DNA of 64,000 nt from an uncultured Candidatus Saccharibacteria bacterium. Its GTDB lineage: Bacteria > Patescibacteriota > Minisyncoccia > Phycocordibacterales > UBA1006. Made by a program: the position numbers and the translations under genes. The stretch spans positions 3,366 through 67,365 of the forward strand of contig CAZROP010000003.1 in the NCBI GenBank assembly GCA_964601935.1. The letters are read 5' to 3'. This document shows, piece after piece, positions 38,592 through 49,902 of the stretch. Positions within the stretch are counted from its first letter, which is position 1, and each line of letters starts with the position of its first letter. Below the pieces are notes generated by a model that was not told the origin of the DNA, made no database searches, and saw nothing but the letters and a program-made list of their open reading frames with translations.

Positions 38592-39089
38592 ATGGACAAG
38601 AAGCTCGAACTCATACGATATATTCTGAGTCGGCTAGACGGCGGCGTTGCCGATTTATGGAAGATTTATAAACTAATGTACTTCATTGATTTTGCGTTTT
38701 ACGCTGAACATAAAAAGTCCTTATCAGGAGCAGAATATTATAACTGGCAGTATGGACCGGTTCCTATGAATCAGCAACAGTACTTGATCGAGAATTTGAT
38801 CGAATCAGGAGAAGGGTTAGGGTTGTGGAGAAAAGTGGATCAGAAGTCAGTTCAGGTAAATAATCCTGTGGTAGATAAGGATGGTTTTAATAGCGAAGAG
38901 GTGGCTGTGATTGACGGCGTCTTGTCAAAGTATGGAGGATTGACCGGTAGAGAATTGGTGACGTTGTCACATGAAGACATACCCTGGAAAATGACAAAAG
39001 AAGGAGAAAAAATAGAATATGACTATGTATTTTGGCGAGAAACAGAACCTGTAGAAATTCAGGACATCACTGATCAAGTTTTGAAATAA
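38592..39089 (+). CDS. Panacea-domain (DUF4065, SocA/PanA-like) putative antitoxin
   Basis: LELIRYILSRL.....DLWKIYKLMYFIDFAFYAEHKKSLSGAEYYNWQYGPVP matches the DUF4065 pattern (K..K.LY.....G.....Y..GP). Confidence 0.6.
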   Translation: MDKKLELIRYILSRLDGGVADLWKIYKLMYFIDFAFYAEHKKSLSGAEYYNWQYGPVPMNQQQYLIENLIESGEGLGLWRKVDQKSVQVNNPVVDKDGFNSEEVAVIDGVLSKYGGLTGRELVTLSHEDIPWKMTKEGEKIEYDYVFWRETEPVEIQDITDQVLK

Positions 39090-39090
39090 T

Positions 39091-39459
39091 ATGTCGTCAG
39101 TCAAAGTTTCGACCAGGTTCGCAAAATCTCTCAAAGAGAATAGTAAACACAAAGGACTGGAAAAGGTGCTGGCTCTAAAACTTAAGGAGTTAGATAAGTA
39201 TTTTGATTTGTCATACAAAGTATTGCACAATGATGCTGATTGGTGTATCAAAAAGCTCGATGCAACAAGTACAATCGGGGCGTATCGAATCATTGCCGCA
39301 CGATCTACTGATGGTAAAAAGGTAGTATATGATTTTTACTTTAAAAACTCAAAACAAGACATGAATAAAGCCGAGTTACAAGAACTGGCTGAATTTATAT
39401 CATCCTGTGACTCCGAAGAGTTCTATGTAAATCTTGATGACTTTGTACTTGATAGTTAA
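39091..39459 (+). CDS. Hypothetical 122-aa protein, translationally coupled to the Panacea-domain gene. Candidate toxin partner
   Basis: It starts 2 nt after the upstream stop. I recognise no domain in it. The assignment rests on gene context alone. Confidence 0.35.
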   Translation: MSSVKVSTRFAKSLKENSKHKGLEKVLALKLKELDKYFDLSYKVLHNDADWCIKKLDATSTIGAYRIIAARSTDGKKVVYDFYFKNSKQDMNKAELQELAEFISSCDSEEFYVNLDDFVLDS

Positions 39460-39460
39460 C

Positions 39461-39492
39461 AAAAACCACCCGAGAGGGTGGTTTTTGGTTTG
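39461..39492. terminator. Bidirectional rho-independent terminator between the island and convergent rpsB
   Basis: AAAAACCACCC-gaga-GGGTGGTTTTT followed by GGTTTGG. The minus-strand reading has a U-tract as well. Confidence 0.6.
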
Positions 39493-39496
39493 GACA

Positions 39497-40174
39497 TTAT
39501 TTCAACGCATCCAATAATGATGTAATGATGTAATGCACAGTTTGTGCATTGGCATCATTCGCCATGACTGGGTAGCCAGTCTGTGATATGTCACAGTCGG
39601 TATTTGCGATTGCAACTACAGGGATTTTCTTTGCATTACACTCTGCAACACAGATGTGTTCGTAGCGTGGATCGATAACGATCACTGCTCCAGGTACTGC
39701 CTCCAGGTGTTCGATTCCACCGAACTTTGATTCCAGATCCTCGATCTCACGATCGATCATCAGTTTTTCCTTTTTGGTTTTGTACGTCAGAGTGCCTGCA
39801 TCGCGGCCTTCTTTCAGCTTCTTCATCTTGTCGATACGGCGGCGGATTTCTGACCAGTTGGTGAGAGTTCCTCCGATCCATCGTTCAGTCACGCATGATA
39901 GGTGGCTGATGCGAGCGAGTCGAGCAACGATATCGCTGGTCTCTGGTTTGGTTCCAACGAGGATGATTGTTTTGCCTGATGCCTTTACCGATGCGAGCAT
40001 GGTTTTTGCATCTACGAGCTGCTTGCTGGTTGATTCCAGGTCGATGATGTCGATGCGGTTTTTCATCCCATAGAGATGAGGGATAACCGATGGGTGACGG
40101 CGTGAGCGCGAGTATCCCATGTGCGCACCGCGTTCGTACAGTGCCGATATTGTTTCCTGATGTGAATTTGACAT
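39497..40174 (-). CDS. rpsB: 30S ribosomal protein S2
   Basis: MSNSHQETISALYERGAHMGYSRSRRHPSVIPHLYGMKNRIDIIDLEST... matches S2 (HFGHQTR.WNPKM..YI.G.RN...IIDL). Confidence 0.9.
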   Translation of the reverse strand: MSNSHQETISALYERGAHMGYSRSRRHPSVIPHLYGMKNRIDIIDLESTSKQLVDAKTMLASVKASGKTIILVGTKPETSDIVARLARISHLSCVTERWIGGTLTNWSEIRRRIDKMKKLKEGRDAGTLTYKTKKEKLMIDREIEDLESKFGGIEHLEAVPGAVIVIDPRYEHICVAECNAKKIPVVAIANTDCDISQTGYPVMANDANAQTVHYIITSLLDALK

Positions 40175-40316
40175 GATTGTATATGTGTATTCTTTGCACA
40201 ATCCCGAATGATAATAGGGTGGGATCGTTATTAGCTACTAGGACAAAGAACTAACCCTCTATACACTACTGAAAAATGATGGTATTGCAAGGGGGCGAGA
40301 GGGGGAGGGTGACCAG

Positions 40317-40356
40317 GAGCCCCGCCCCATTACCATTTGGTAATGGGGCGGGGCTC
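40317..40356 (+). promoter_or_regulatory. GC-rich perfect 19-bp stem-loop in the divergent rpsB/mreB intergenic region (mreB 5' leader)
   Basis: GAGCCCCGCCCCATTACCA-tt-TGGTAATGGGGCGGGGCTC ends 15 nt before the mreB ATG. There is no U-tract on either strand. Confidence 0.4.
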
Positions 40357-40371
40357 TGGTACACTAGATGC

Positions 40372-41404
40372 ATGTTCAACTTCTTCAAACGCTTCACACA
40401 AGACGTTGCCATCGATCTCGGGACTGCAAATACCCTGATTTATATAAAAGGCAAGGGTGTAGTGCTCTATGAGCCATCGGTAGTTACGATCAATCGCAAA
40501 ACCAATGCGATCGTTGCTGTAGGTACCGAGGCAGAACGCATGTATGGGCGTACTCCAGGACATATCGAGGCGGTGCGTCCATTAGTTGATGGCGTGGTTT
40601 CGGATTTCGAAGTTACCGAGGAAATGCTACGGTATTTTCTAGGCCGTGCATTACCAAAGAAATCATTTTTCTCTAGTCCGCGCGTCATAGTCGGTGTACC
40701 GTCAGGCATCACAAATGTGCAGGCACGTTCTGTGATCGACGCGGTCGGACATGCAGGCGCAAAACAGGTGTACCTGATAGAAGAACCTATGGCAGCAGCA
40801 ATCGGGGTGGGGCTGCCCGTGACAGAATCAGTCGGCTCTATGATTGTTGATATTGGTGGTGGCACAACAGATGTTGCTGTTATTTCGCTATCAGGTTCGG
40901 TAGTATCGAAAAGCATCAAGGTCGCAGGAGATCACCTGAACACATCGATTGTTCAGTATATACGTGACGTGTATCAGCTAGCGGTCGGAGACATGACAGC
41001 AGAGGAGGCAAAGATTACGATCGCATCAGCGTTCCATGATGACGAAGAGGCGACATTCCCGGTGCGTGGGCGTGATCTGGCGTCAGGGTTGCCGCGCGAA
41101 TTGATACTGACACGACAGGACGTGGCGCGAGCCATTGATGATTCATTACGCATGATTATTTCTGGAGTAAAAGAAGTGTTAGAGCGTACCCCACCTGAAC
41201 TAGTGTCAGATATTTTGCATCGAGGTATGTATATGGCAGGTGGAGGTTCATTGATACGCCGTTTGGATGAACGTATCGCGCATGAGACAGGGATGAAGGT
41301 GGTCGTAGCAGCAGAGCCATTGTCGGCGGTTGTGCATGGTGCTGGTTTGGTGTTGGAAGACATGGCAAAATATCGTAGTGTATTGCTAGGTGAAGAATTA
41401 CAGT

Positions 41405-41430
<26 letters not shown>
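40372..41430 (+). CDS. mreB: Rod shape-determining actin homologue MreB
   Basis: MFNFFKRFTQDVAIDLGTANTLIYIKGKGVVLYEPSVV...EPMAAAIG...DIGGGTTDVAVIS carries actin-fold phosphate/adenosine motifs. Confidence 0.9.
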
Positions 41431-43239
<1,809 letters not shown>

Positions 43240-43303
43240 TATTGAAGAGAGGTTGCATTGTTTCTGCAGAAATCTTTTGAAAAGTGTACTATACTAGCAG
43301 TGT

Positions 43304-43678
43304 ATGTTGTTCAAAGTATTCGAGCTGTATAACCTGGGTCGTGACTTCAAAAAAGACCCCATAGGAACCGGGGCAGGATTAGGTCGCGAAGTAGTCGCGC
43401 CTATGTTTGTTATCCCTATAGTACTATTAGCAATCGCATCACTGGGCATGATGGCATTGTGGTGGTGGGTTGGTTGGGGTATTTTTATATTTTTTGCAGC
43501 TATTGCCTGGGCGATATTGTTGGCGATACACATCATGTATCTAGGTGTATCGCGCGTGTTTGGTGCTACTGAACAAACCGTAAAGCAACATGTTTCAGAA
43601 TTTCAAAATAGGAAAAGTAGTACCACTTCTTCAGCTGCGCATACAGCTACTATTATTGATGTAGAGGGGAGGGAATAG
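43304..43678 (+). CDS. Hypothetical membrane protein (two TM helices)
   Basis: Hydrophobic segments IPIVLLAIASLGMMALWWWVGWGIFIFFAAIAWAILLAIHIM. Confidence 0.4.
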   Translation: MLFKVFELYNLGRDFKKDPIGTGAGLGREVVAPMFVIPIVLLAIASLGMMALWWWVGWGIFIFFAAIAWAILLAIHIMYLGVSRVFGATEQTVKQHVSEFQNRKSSTTSSAAHTATIIDVEGRE

Positions 43679-43708
43679 GAGGTGATATACAGCCTGTTGG
43701 GTAAGTAA

Positions 43709-43744
43709 AAAGTAGTCTGCGAAAATGATTTCGCAGACTACTTT
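43709..43744. terminator. Bidirectional terminator
   Basis: AAAGTAGTCTGCGAAA-atga-TTTCGCAGACTACTTT is a 16-nt perfect stem with A/T flanks, lying between convergent genes. Confidence 0.55.
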
Positions 43745-43774
43745 GATGGAATGAGGTAAAAGAGTCAGGGGTAC

Positions 43775-44086
43775 TTATTCTTGTACCGGATAAGTTTTGT
43801 TGTACCAAACAGTATCCAGCTCAAAATAGTTCTGGCTGAAGTTTTGTATAAATTGGTATTCTTCGCCGTCCTCAATTTTTTTATCCGTTGGATTGACCCA
43901 GCTTATCCTGATTGTGCAACTCTTGCACTCAAGACGAGCTTGCCCCATACCATTTCTAGGGGTGATGTTATAAATCTTTGTAACTTTGGCGTGCACTACT
44001 CCCTCTGGGAGGGGTTTGGAAGAATCGCAGCCAAAAATAAGGCTCAAGCCTACCAAGGCTAAGACCAAGATGGGTACCTTTTTCAT
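43775..44086 (-). CDS. Putative small lipoprotein
   Basis: A signal peptide with lipobox (LVGLSLIFGC) is present. Confidence 0.45.
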   Translation of the reverse strand: MKKVPILVLALVGLSLIFGCDSSKPLPEGVVHAKVTKIYNITPRNGMGQARLECKSCTIRISWVNPTDKKIEDGEEYQFIQNFSQNYFELDTVWYNKTYPVQE

Positions 44087-44224
44087 CTGTGTATAAGTTT
44101 TGGTAAAGTAATTTCCCTGAGGATACCACAGAGTACCTCGATAATCAACTAGAAAGAGAGTAGTGGCAGGGCTATTCCGAGACTTTGCAATACCTCTGCA
44201 TTAACTACTCGGGGCAGATTAATG

Positions 44225-44680
44225 TTAATCCAGCTGCGTAGGGCACTCCTGCTCAGAGAGGGCAAAGACGGCAGAGGAGTCATAGGTAATATCATTCAGA
44301 TCCGCGAACCGATTATCTGCAACGGTGAGCGGTCCGAATCCACGGATAAATCCTTTGTTAGTCTTTTTGAATGCGATTTGCATAGTAGACTGGACACCCT
44401 CAGAGTTGAATACATATTCGCCTAGCAATACGCCGTTCTGATACGTTCCAGTGAATGGACCGTGAGAGCTGTCCTTTTCAAAATTATCAAACACTAGGGT
44501 TCCTGATACTGCCGCATCATCCTGGGTTTTGACATCCAGACTGTATACATCCTGCGCTAGATTCGCCTGATAACATCCGATAATAGACGCCTCGGCGCTT
44601 GGGTTTCTTTTAATAAAGACAAATATGCCGGCAATGATGACTGCTGCTATGATGAGTATGGTTATAAGTGGATTTTTCAT
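44225..44680 (-). CDS. Hypothetical secreted / membrane-anchored protein
   Basis: N-terminal TM anchor MKNPLITILIIAAVIIAGIFVFI. Confidence 0.4.
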   Translation of the reverse strand: MKNPLITILIIAAVIIAGIFVFIKRNPSAEASIIGCYQANLAQDVYSLDVKTQDDAAVSGTLVFDNFEKDSSHGPFTGTYQNGVLLGEYVFNSEGVQSTMQIAFKKTNKGFIRGFGPLTVADNRFADLNDITYDSSAVFALSEQECPTQLD

Positions 44681-44736
44681 ATACAGTAATTATACCACAG
44701 ATATCTGTAAATAAAGATCTATAGATACATTGTTCA

Positions 44737-45453
44737 TTATTCCTCAGTAAATTGTACGCTTTGTGCCATTGCGTGAAAGTCTTTCAGATGCTGCCGAATG
44801 ATCTGTGCCGTTGCGCCTTGTTCGATATATCGCACGATGTCTCCGTCAAACTTCTGTTCCAACTCTACTAATTCAGGAGAATCAAAGTGCGGAACAAAAC
44901 TAAAGTACGATTGCAGGATATAGGTTCGAGAAACTTGCGGTATGAAAAAGGTGTACTGACTGCGGGCCTCGGTATTCAGCCTGCTCGCAGACGGGTTATA
45001 GGTGCCCCACAGGCCCTGACTGTTCGTGATAGACATCAATCGGAAGGAGGAAAGAGTTTCAGGAACTACTTTCTTTTGCAGTATGTGCAGTAGAAAATCA
45101 TCCCCACATTCATTGGGGTGGTCAGCCTCGAGTCCGTACATGCGTATGCCCATTTGAATAGTGCTGGAGGATTCGGGTAGTACAACTTTCGGAAATGAAT
45201 ACTCCCAGTCAAATACATTCAAGGTATCAGCTGTGCGATAGGTATCCTCCTGTGGACAGGTACTTGGGCCTTTTTGGATATGAACTTCGCCCCAGCTCGC
45301 AGGATAGCGGAATGCAGGACTGTATTCGGAGCTTTTGTAGGAAATATATTCTGTACTAGAGTTACTTCTCAGCTGTTGTGGTACATACACAAATTGCCAG
45401 TAGAGTAGTCCTACTATAATAAAACCTACTATTACGATGCCAAGCTTTTTCAT
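44737..45453 (-). CDS. Hypothetical secreted / membrane-anchored protein
   Basis: N-terminal TM anchor MKKLGIVIVGFIIVGLLYW. Confidence 0.4.
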   Translation of the reverse strand: MKKLGIVIVGFIIVGLLYWQFVYVPQQLRSNSSTEYISYKSSEYSPAFRYPASWGEVHIQKGPSTCPQEDTYRTADTLNVFDWEYSFPKVVLPESSSTIQMGIRMYGLEADHPNECGDDFLLHILQKKVVPETLSSFRLMSITNSQGLWGTYNPSASRLNTEARSQYTFFIPQVSRTYILQSYFSFVPHFDSPELVELEQKFDGDIVRYIEQGATAQIIRQHLKDFHAMAQSVQFTEE

Positions 45454-45480
45454 ATACTTTTATATTGTATCACCGACTAG

Positions 45481-45551
45481 TTGCCCGACAGGGACTCGAA
45501 CCCCAATACTCAGAACCAAAATCTGATGTCCTACCATTAGACGATCGGGCA
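45481..45551 (-). tRNA. tRNA-Gln (anticodon UUG), no encoded CCA
   Basis: Acceptor TGCCCGA/TCGGGCA, D-arm GTCT-AATGGTA-GGAC, anticodon stem TCAGA/TCTGA with loop TTTTGGT, and T-loop TTCGAGT. The length is 71 nt. Confidence 0.7.
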
Positions 45552-45770
45552 AATCGACTACCACCAGAACATACTACCGCGGGGTAGGTCAAAAATCAAT
45601 TCAGCTGGAGGTCTTGACTTATTCTGCTCTCAAGAGTAGTTTATTGCCTAATACGTGAATACTCTAATTTATAGAGGAATGGTTCACACTTCTAGGGCTG
45701 GCTGGCTCAGTATCCCATAAAGTAGGTAGTTGGAGAAGTTTGAATCATTATTTACTTAAATTGATGTGAA

Positions 45771-46112
45771 ATGGAAAAGGTATTATTAGGTTTTTTTGCA
45801 TTGGTTTTATTTTTTTCTGTGCAATTTGCACACTACATTGGCGAGAGCCGTCCTGGTGGCCATATCGATCACGTGCAGGATTGCCATTGTTACGAATGGG
45901 TAGTTCCCGCAGGAGCACGGCCGGACACAGTGGAAGTTGCCTCTGGATACCAACAGGTTATTTATGCAGAAGCTGGTGGCTCTGGGAAAAAGTTCCAAAT
46001 CCCCAGTGCCTGCTCGGGTCGCTGGTTGATATTCAAGCATGACCCAGATGCTATCTTAACTCTAACCGTTTGTGACGGTACGATTAGGGGTATTACTGTC
46101 AAGTCAGAGTGA
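45771..46112 (+). CDS. Hypothetical secreted protein
   Basis: Signal peptide MEKVLLGFFALVLFFSVQFAH. It is followed by a strong terminator. Confidence 0.4.
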   Translation: MEKVLLGFFALVLFFSVQFAHYIGESRPGGHIDHVQDCHCYEWVVPAGARPDTVEVASGYQQVIYAEAGGSGKKFQIPSACSGRWLIFKHDPDAILTLTVCDGTIRGITVKSE

Positions 46113-46132
46113 AACGGTTCGACGTATCCGAG

Positions 46133-46178
46133 AAGGCGAATTTCAAGCAAGATTTGAAATTCGCCTTTTTATTTTTTA
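46133..46178 (+). terminator. Rho-independent terminator
   Basis: AAGGCGAATTTCAA-gcaaga-TTTGAAATTCGCCT followed by TTTTTATTTTTT. Confidence 0.6.
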
Positions 46179-46202
46179 CTATTCACGGTATGATGGGTTT
46201 CT

Positions 46203-47621
46203 ATGGCGTTACAGATTTATGATAGCAAGAGCAAGAAAAAGCACCCATTTGTACCAATTGATGGGAACAAGGTATCCATGTATGTCTGTGGTATTACACC
46301 CCAAAACTCACCCCATTTGGGTCATGCTGTATCGGCAATTCGCATGTCAGTAGTACGTCGGTATCTTCAGTATCGCGGATATAACGTGATCTATGTAGAG
46401 AATATTACGGATATCGATGACAAAATCATTGCACGATCTGTCGAGCTGGGTATCCCTCCGGGCGAAATCGCTGACAAATATTCTGCAGAATATCGCGAAC
46501 AGTTGCAACGTGTCGGCGTTCCTGATCCAGATCACGTACCTCGAGTGAGCGGATATATAGAAAAGATCATTGCTTATGTGCAGGACCTGATCAGTCGCAA
46601 TCATGCATATGTTGTCGGAAATGACGTATATTTCGATATCGCATCATTGAAATCATATGGGGAGTTGTCAGGGCGCAGTCGCGAGTTCGCACAGTCAGGG
46701 CATCGTATAGCAACATCAGAAGGCAAACATGACGAGGCTGATTTCGTATTATGGAAATCTGATACTCAACATGGCTGGGAAAGTCCGTGGGGTGTTGGGC
46801 GACCGGGGTGGCATATCGAATGTTCGGCAATGTCCAGTGATATTCTCGGTCCGCGTGTTGATATCCATGGTGGGGGATTGGATCTATTGTTTCCGCATCA
46901 CGAGAACGAGAATGCTCAGTGTATCGCGCACAACGGACATCAGTTTGTTAATACCTGGATGCATTCGGGGCTATTGAATATCAATGGCACAAAGATGTCA
47001 AAGTCATTAGGAAACTTTATCACACTGTTCGATGCTATTGATATGTATGGTGCAGAGTTGATTAATTTTGTGATACTGCGACACCAGTATAGATCGGCGA
47101 TTGATATGACGGATCGTTTGTTTATGGATAGCTTGAATGCGTTGTTGGTATATGTACGTATGCTGCAGGATAATCCAGGGTGGGAATCAGTGACTGATGA
47201 TGAACTGAACGCTAATGCTACAGTTGCTGATATGAATGCACGTTTTATCGATGCTATGGATGATGATATTCATACTCCGCGTGCATTAGTCGTACTGTCT
47301 CCCTATGCTGAATCCATTCAATCGTTTGATGAATCAGAGCGACCGGTCATAGCTGCAGGGGTCAAAAGGTTGCTGGCGGTACTAGGGTTGTTTGTTGTAT
47401 CTACGGCAGATCAGGCGCTAGAGAGTATGCTGAAGTTTCACCAAAAAGACCGCAATGAAAAAATAACAGTATCAGAAATTGAATCTATCTTGGCACAACG
47501 AGCACAGGCACGTGCAGACAAAAATTACGACGAAAGTGATCGTTTGCGTGAAGTATTGGCAAGTCATGACATTAAATGTATTGATGGAAAAGACAAGTTG
47601 TCCTGGGAGTTTATATTGTAA
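46203..47621 (+). CDS. cysS: Cysteinyl-tRNA synthetase
   Basis: Class I HIGH (PHLGHAVS) and KMSKS (KMSKSLGN) motifs are present. The zinc-binding Cys/His residues are (CGITPQ..., ...GWHIECSAM). Confidence 0.9.
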   Translation: MALQIYDSKSKKKHPFVPIDGNKVSMYVCGITPQNSPHLGHAVSAIRMSVVRRYLQYRGYNVIYVENITDIDDKIIARSVELGIPPGEIADKYSAEYREQLQRVGVPDPDHVPRVSGYIEKIIAYVQDLISRNHAYVVGNDVYFDIASLKSYGELSGRSREFAQSGHRIATSEGKHDEADFVLWKSDTQHGWESPWGVGRPGWHIECSAMSSDILGPRVDIHGGGLDLLFPHHENENAQCIAHNGHQFVNTWMHSGLLNINGTKMSKSLGNFITLFDAIDMYGAELINFVILRHQYRSAIDMTDRLFMDSLNALLVYVRMLQDNPGWESVTDDELNANATVADMNARFIDAMDDDIHTPRALVVLSPYAESIQSFDESERPVIAAGVKRLLAVLGLFVVSTADQALESMLKFHQKDRNEKITVSEIESILAQRAQARADKNYDESDRLREVLASHDIKCIDGKDKLSWEFIL

Positions 47622-47708
47622 TTTGGGCGATATTTCTTAAAACTAGTATAGTAAGACAGGGGGTCGGATGCCTATTAAAATTACTTCACTATGATAGTAT
47701 GATGCTAT

Positions 47709-49403
47709 ATGCAATTGATAGACGACATTAGAGATTTGATATATAGCGCGATAGAGTCAGGGATTATAGATCGCGATGATATAGTAGTAGAACGTCCTGC
47801 AGATAGATCGCATGGGGACTTTGCTACGAATGTTGCGATGGTGTTGGCGAAGCGTCTGGGCAAAAACCCAGTTGTATTTGCTGGTGAATTAGTTGCTACT
47901 CTTCAGGGTAGCGTGCTACCCGAGTGGGTCCGAGATATCTCTGTTGCCGGTCCAGGATTCATCAATATGTCAGTACGACCAGAGTACCTGCGTGAGCTAG
48001 TCCAGAGCATTACGGTTACTGGTTCAGGCTATGGATCTAATACATCACGTTCAGGACAGCTGGTGTTGGTAGAGCATTCCAGCCCTAACCTGTTCAAGCC
48101 TTTTCATATTGGTCACATGATGAATAATGCGATTGGTGAATCAATTGTTCGTCTGGTGCGCGCGTCTGGTGCGCGCGTGATTCCGCTGTCGTATCCGTCT
48201 GATATTTCGTTAGGCATAGCAAAGGCAATACGTGTAGTGATGAACGATGGGGTGGAGGTGTTGGATTCCCTGGCTATACCAGCGCGGCAGGTAGAATATC
48301 TAGGGCAGTGCTACGTGCGAGGGAATAATGAATTCGCTGACAATCCTGCGGTGGTAGCAGAATGTAAAGAAATAGCAAAGAAATTGTATGATGCAGTCCC
48401 TAGTCCAGAATTGACACTGTATCAGCGATGCAAAGAAATCAATATGAATGACTTCAAGAATACGGTGATACGTCTGGGCTCGTGGTTCGAAGGGTTCATC
48501 TATGAAAGCGAGTCAGGTGCAGTAGGTGAGGCAATCGTCCGTTCGCACCCAGAGTTGTTTACAAAAAGTGATGGAGCAATAGTGTACGAGGGCGAACAGG
48601 ATGGATTGCATACACGTGTATTTATTAATAGCGAGGGGTATCCTACCTATGAGGCAAAAGACCTGGGCCTGTTATCGTTAAAGTTCGAGCGATATAATCC
48701 AGACTTATCTATATTTGTCACTGATCACGAGCAGATGAATTACTTCCAGGTGGTGTCTGCTGTAGCTGGAAAGATCAATCCCACATGGCGAGAGCGTACC
48801 GTGCACCGTACACATGGCCGCATGACATTGCGAGGGCAAAAAATGTCATCCCGATTGGGTGGCGTACCTGTTGCAGCAGAAACCCTACAAATGGTTACCG
48901 ATGTGATACGCGAACGTACTCCTGATATTGCAGACAAGGATGCAGAGATTCTTGCTATAGCAGCAATAAAGTTTATGATTTTGCGCTCCAAGGCCGGAAG
49001 TAATATCAATTTCGATCCTGATACCAGTTTGTCGTTGGAGGGAGATACGGGTCCATACCTACAGTACACCGTAGTGCGTGCACGGTCAGTGCTGGCAAAG
49101 ATTCCTGATAATTACATGCCGCGTAATGACGGAGCAGACGACGCAAGGGATATGGAAATAGAAAGGGTGTTACTACATTTCCCTGAGGTGGTCGGGCTGG
49201 CTATCGATGAATGGGCTCCACATCATATCACGACCTATCTACTGGAGTTAGCGCAGACATTCAATAGTTGGTATGGGCGTAATAGAATTATTGATGCGGA
49301 AAATCCGCACGAGTCATACAATATGATGCTAACGCGTGCTGTTGCGATCACTATTGAAAATGGATTGGAGTTGCTAGGTATTAGGGTTCCAGAGAGGATG
49401 TAG
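47709..49403 (+). CDS. argS: Arginyl-tRNA synthetase
   Basis: The HIGH-like PFHIGHMMNNAIGE is present. The overall layout has an N-terminal Arg_tRNA_synt_N and a C-terminal DALR anticodon-binding region. Confidence 0.9.
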   Translation: MQLIDDIRDLIYSAIESGIIDRDDIVVERPADRSHGDFATNVAMVLAKRLGKNPVVFAGELVATLQGSVLPEWVRDISVAGPGFINMSVRPEYLRELVQSITVTGSGYGSNTSRSGQLVLVEHSSPNLFKPFHIGHMMNNAIGESIVRLVRASGARVIPLSYPSDISLGIAKAIRVVMNDGVEVLDSLAIPARQVEYLGQCYVRGNNEFADNPAVVAECKEIAKKLYDAVPSPELTLYQRCKEINMNDFKNTVIRLGSWFEGFIYESESGAVGEAIVRSHPELFTKSDGAIVYEGEQDGLHTRVFINSEGYPTYEAKDLGLLSLKFERYNPDLSIFVTDHEQMNYFQVVSAVAGKINPTWRERTVHRTHGRMTLRGQKMSSRLGGVPVAAETLQMVTDVIRERTPDIADKDAEILAIAAIKFMILRSKAGSNINFDPDTSLSLEGDTGPYLQYTVVRARSVLAKIPDNYMPRNDGADDARDMEIERVLLHFPEVVGLAIDEWAPHHITTYLLELAQTFNSWYGRNRIIDAENPHESYNMMLTRAVAITIENGLELLGIRVPERM

Positions 49404-49451
49404 CTCTAAAATAGAAGATGCCGTACTTTTCAGATTAAAGTACGGCATTCT

Positions 49452-49754
49452 TTAAAAGAGTAAGGCTAATTGAAGTTGAACAGGCTGCTTAATTATTTTT
49501 ATCTTCTTTTGGCGCTGCTCACGTTGTTGTTTCCGTACTCGGTTAAACTGAGCAAGTCCCGCCTCTCCTGCGAAATGGAACCTAATACAGGCAAGCCAGA
49601 TCTCTGTTTTGGTATAGCCTATATCAGCGTTTCGATTCTTTAGATACATTCGACATACCGCACGAATACGCGCATCCAAGTCGTTAGGTCTACTACAACC
49701 AACCTTATGCAATAAATTCTCAGGAACACGGTGGATAACGGTGTTGTTTGCCAT
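49452..49754 (-). CDS. Hypothetical 100-aa basic protein (uncertain)
   Basis: An isolated minus-strand ORF between two plus-strand aaRS genes. No motif recognised. Confidence 0.25.
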   Translation of the reverse strand: MANNTVIHRVPENLLHKVGCSRPNDLDARIRAVCRMYLKNRNADIGYTKTEIWLACIRFHFAGEAGLAQFNRVRKQQREQRQKKIKIIKQPVQLQLALLF

Positions 49755-49881
49755 TGCTAATAGATTTTGTCTATAGTATTACATACTTTGCTTAATTGTC
49801 GAGAATTGTATAGAATGTCACTATCCAGCGATTCCCTGACAAGGAGGAGGATGTTCATCAAATTGAGGGTCAAATAGTGCT

Positions 49882-49902
49882 CCCTCTCCCTCTGGGAGAG
49901 GG
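49882..49902. repeat. GC-rich stem-loop (CTCCCTCTCCC-tct-GGGAGAGGG) inside a G/C-rich intergenic stretch
   Basis: A 9-bp perfect stem followed by CCGGGGTGAGGGGTGG. It overlaps a probably spurious minus ORF (49821-50036). Confidence 0.3.

Noticed and set aside
40276-40371. N-terminal extension of the mreB ORF (MMVLQGGERGRVTRSPAPLPFGNGAGLWYTRC)
   Set aside because: It is the translation of the GC-rich 19-bp hairpin. MreB homology starts at MFNFFKRF (40372).
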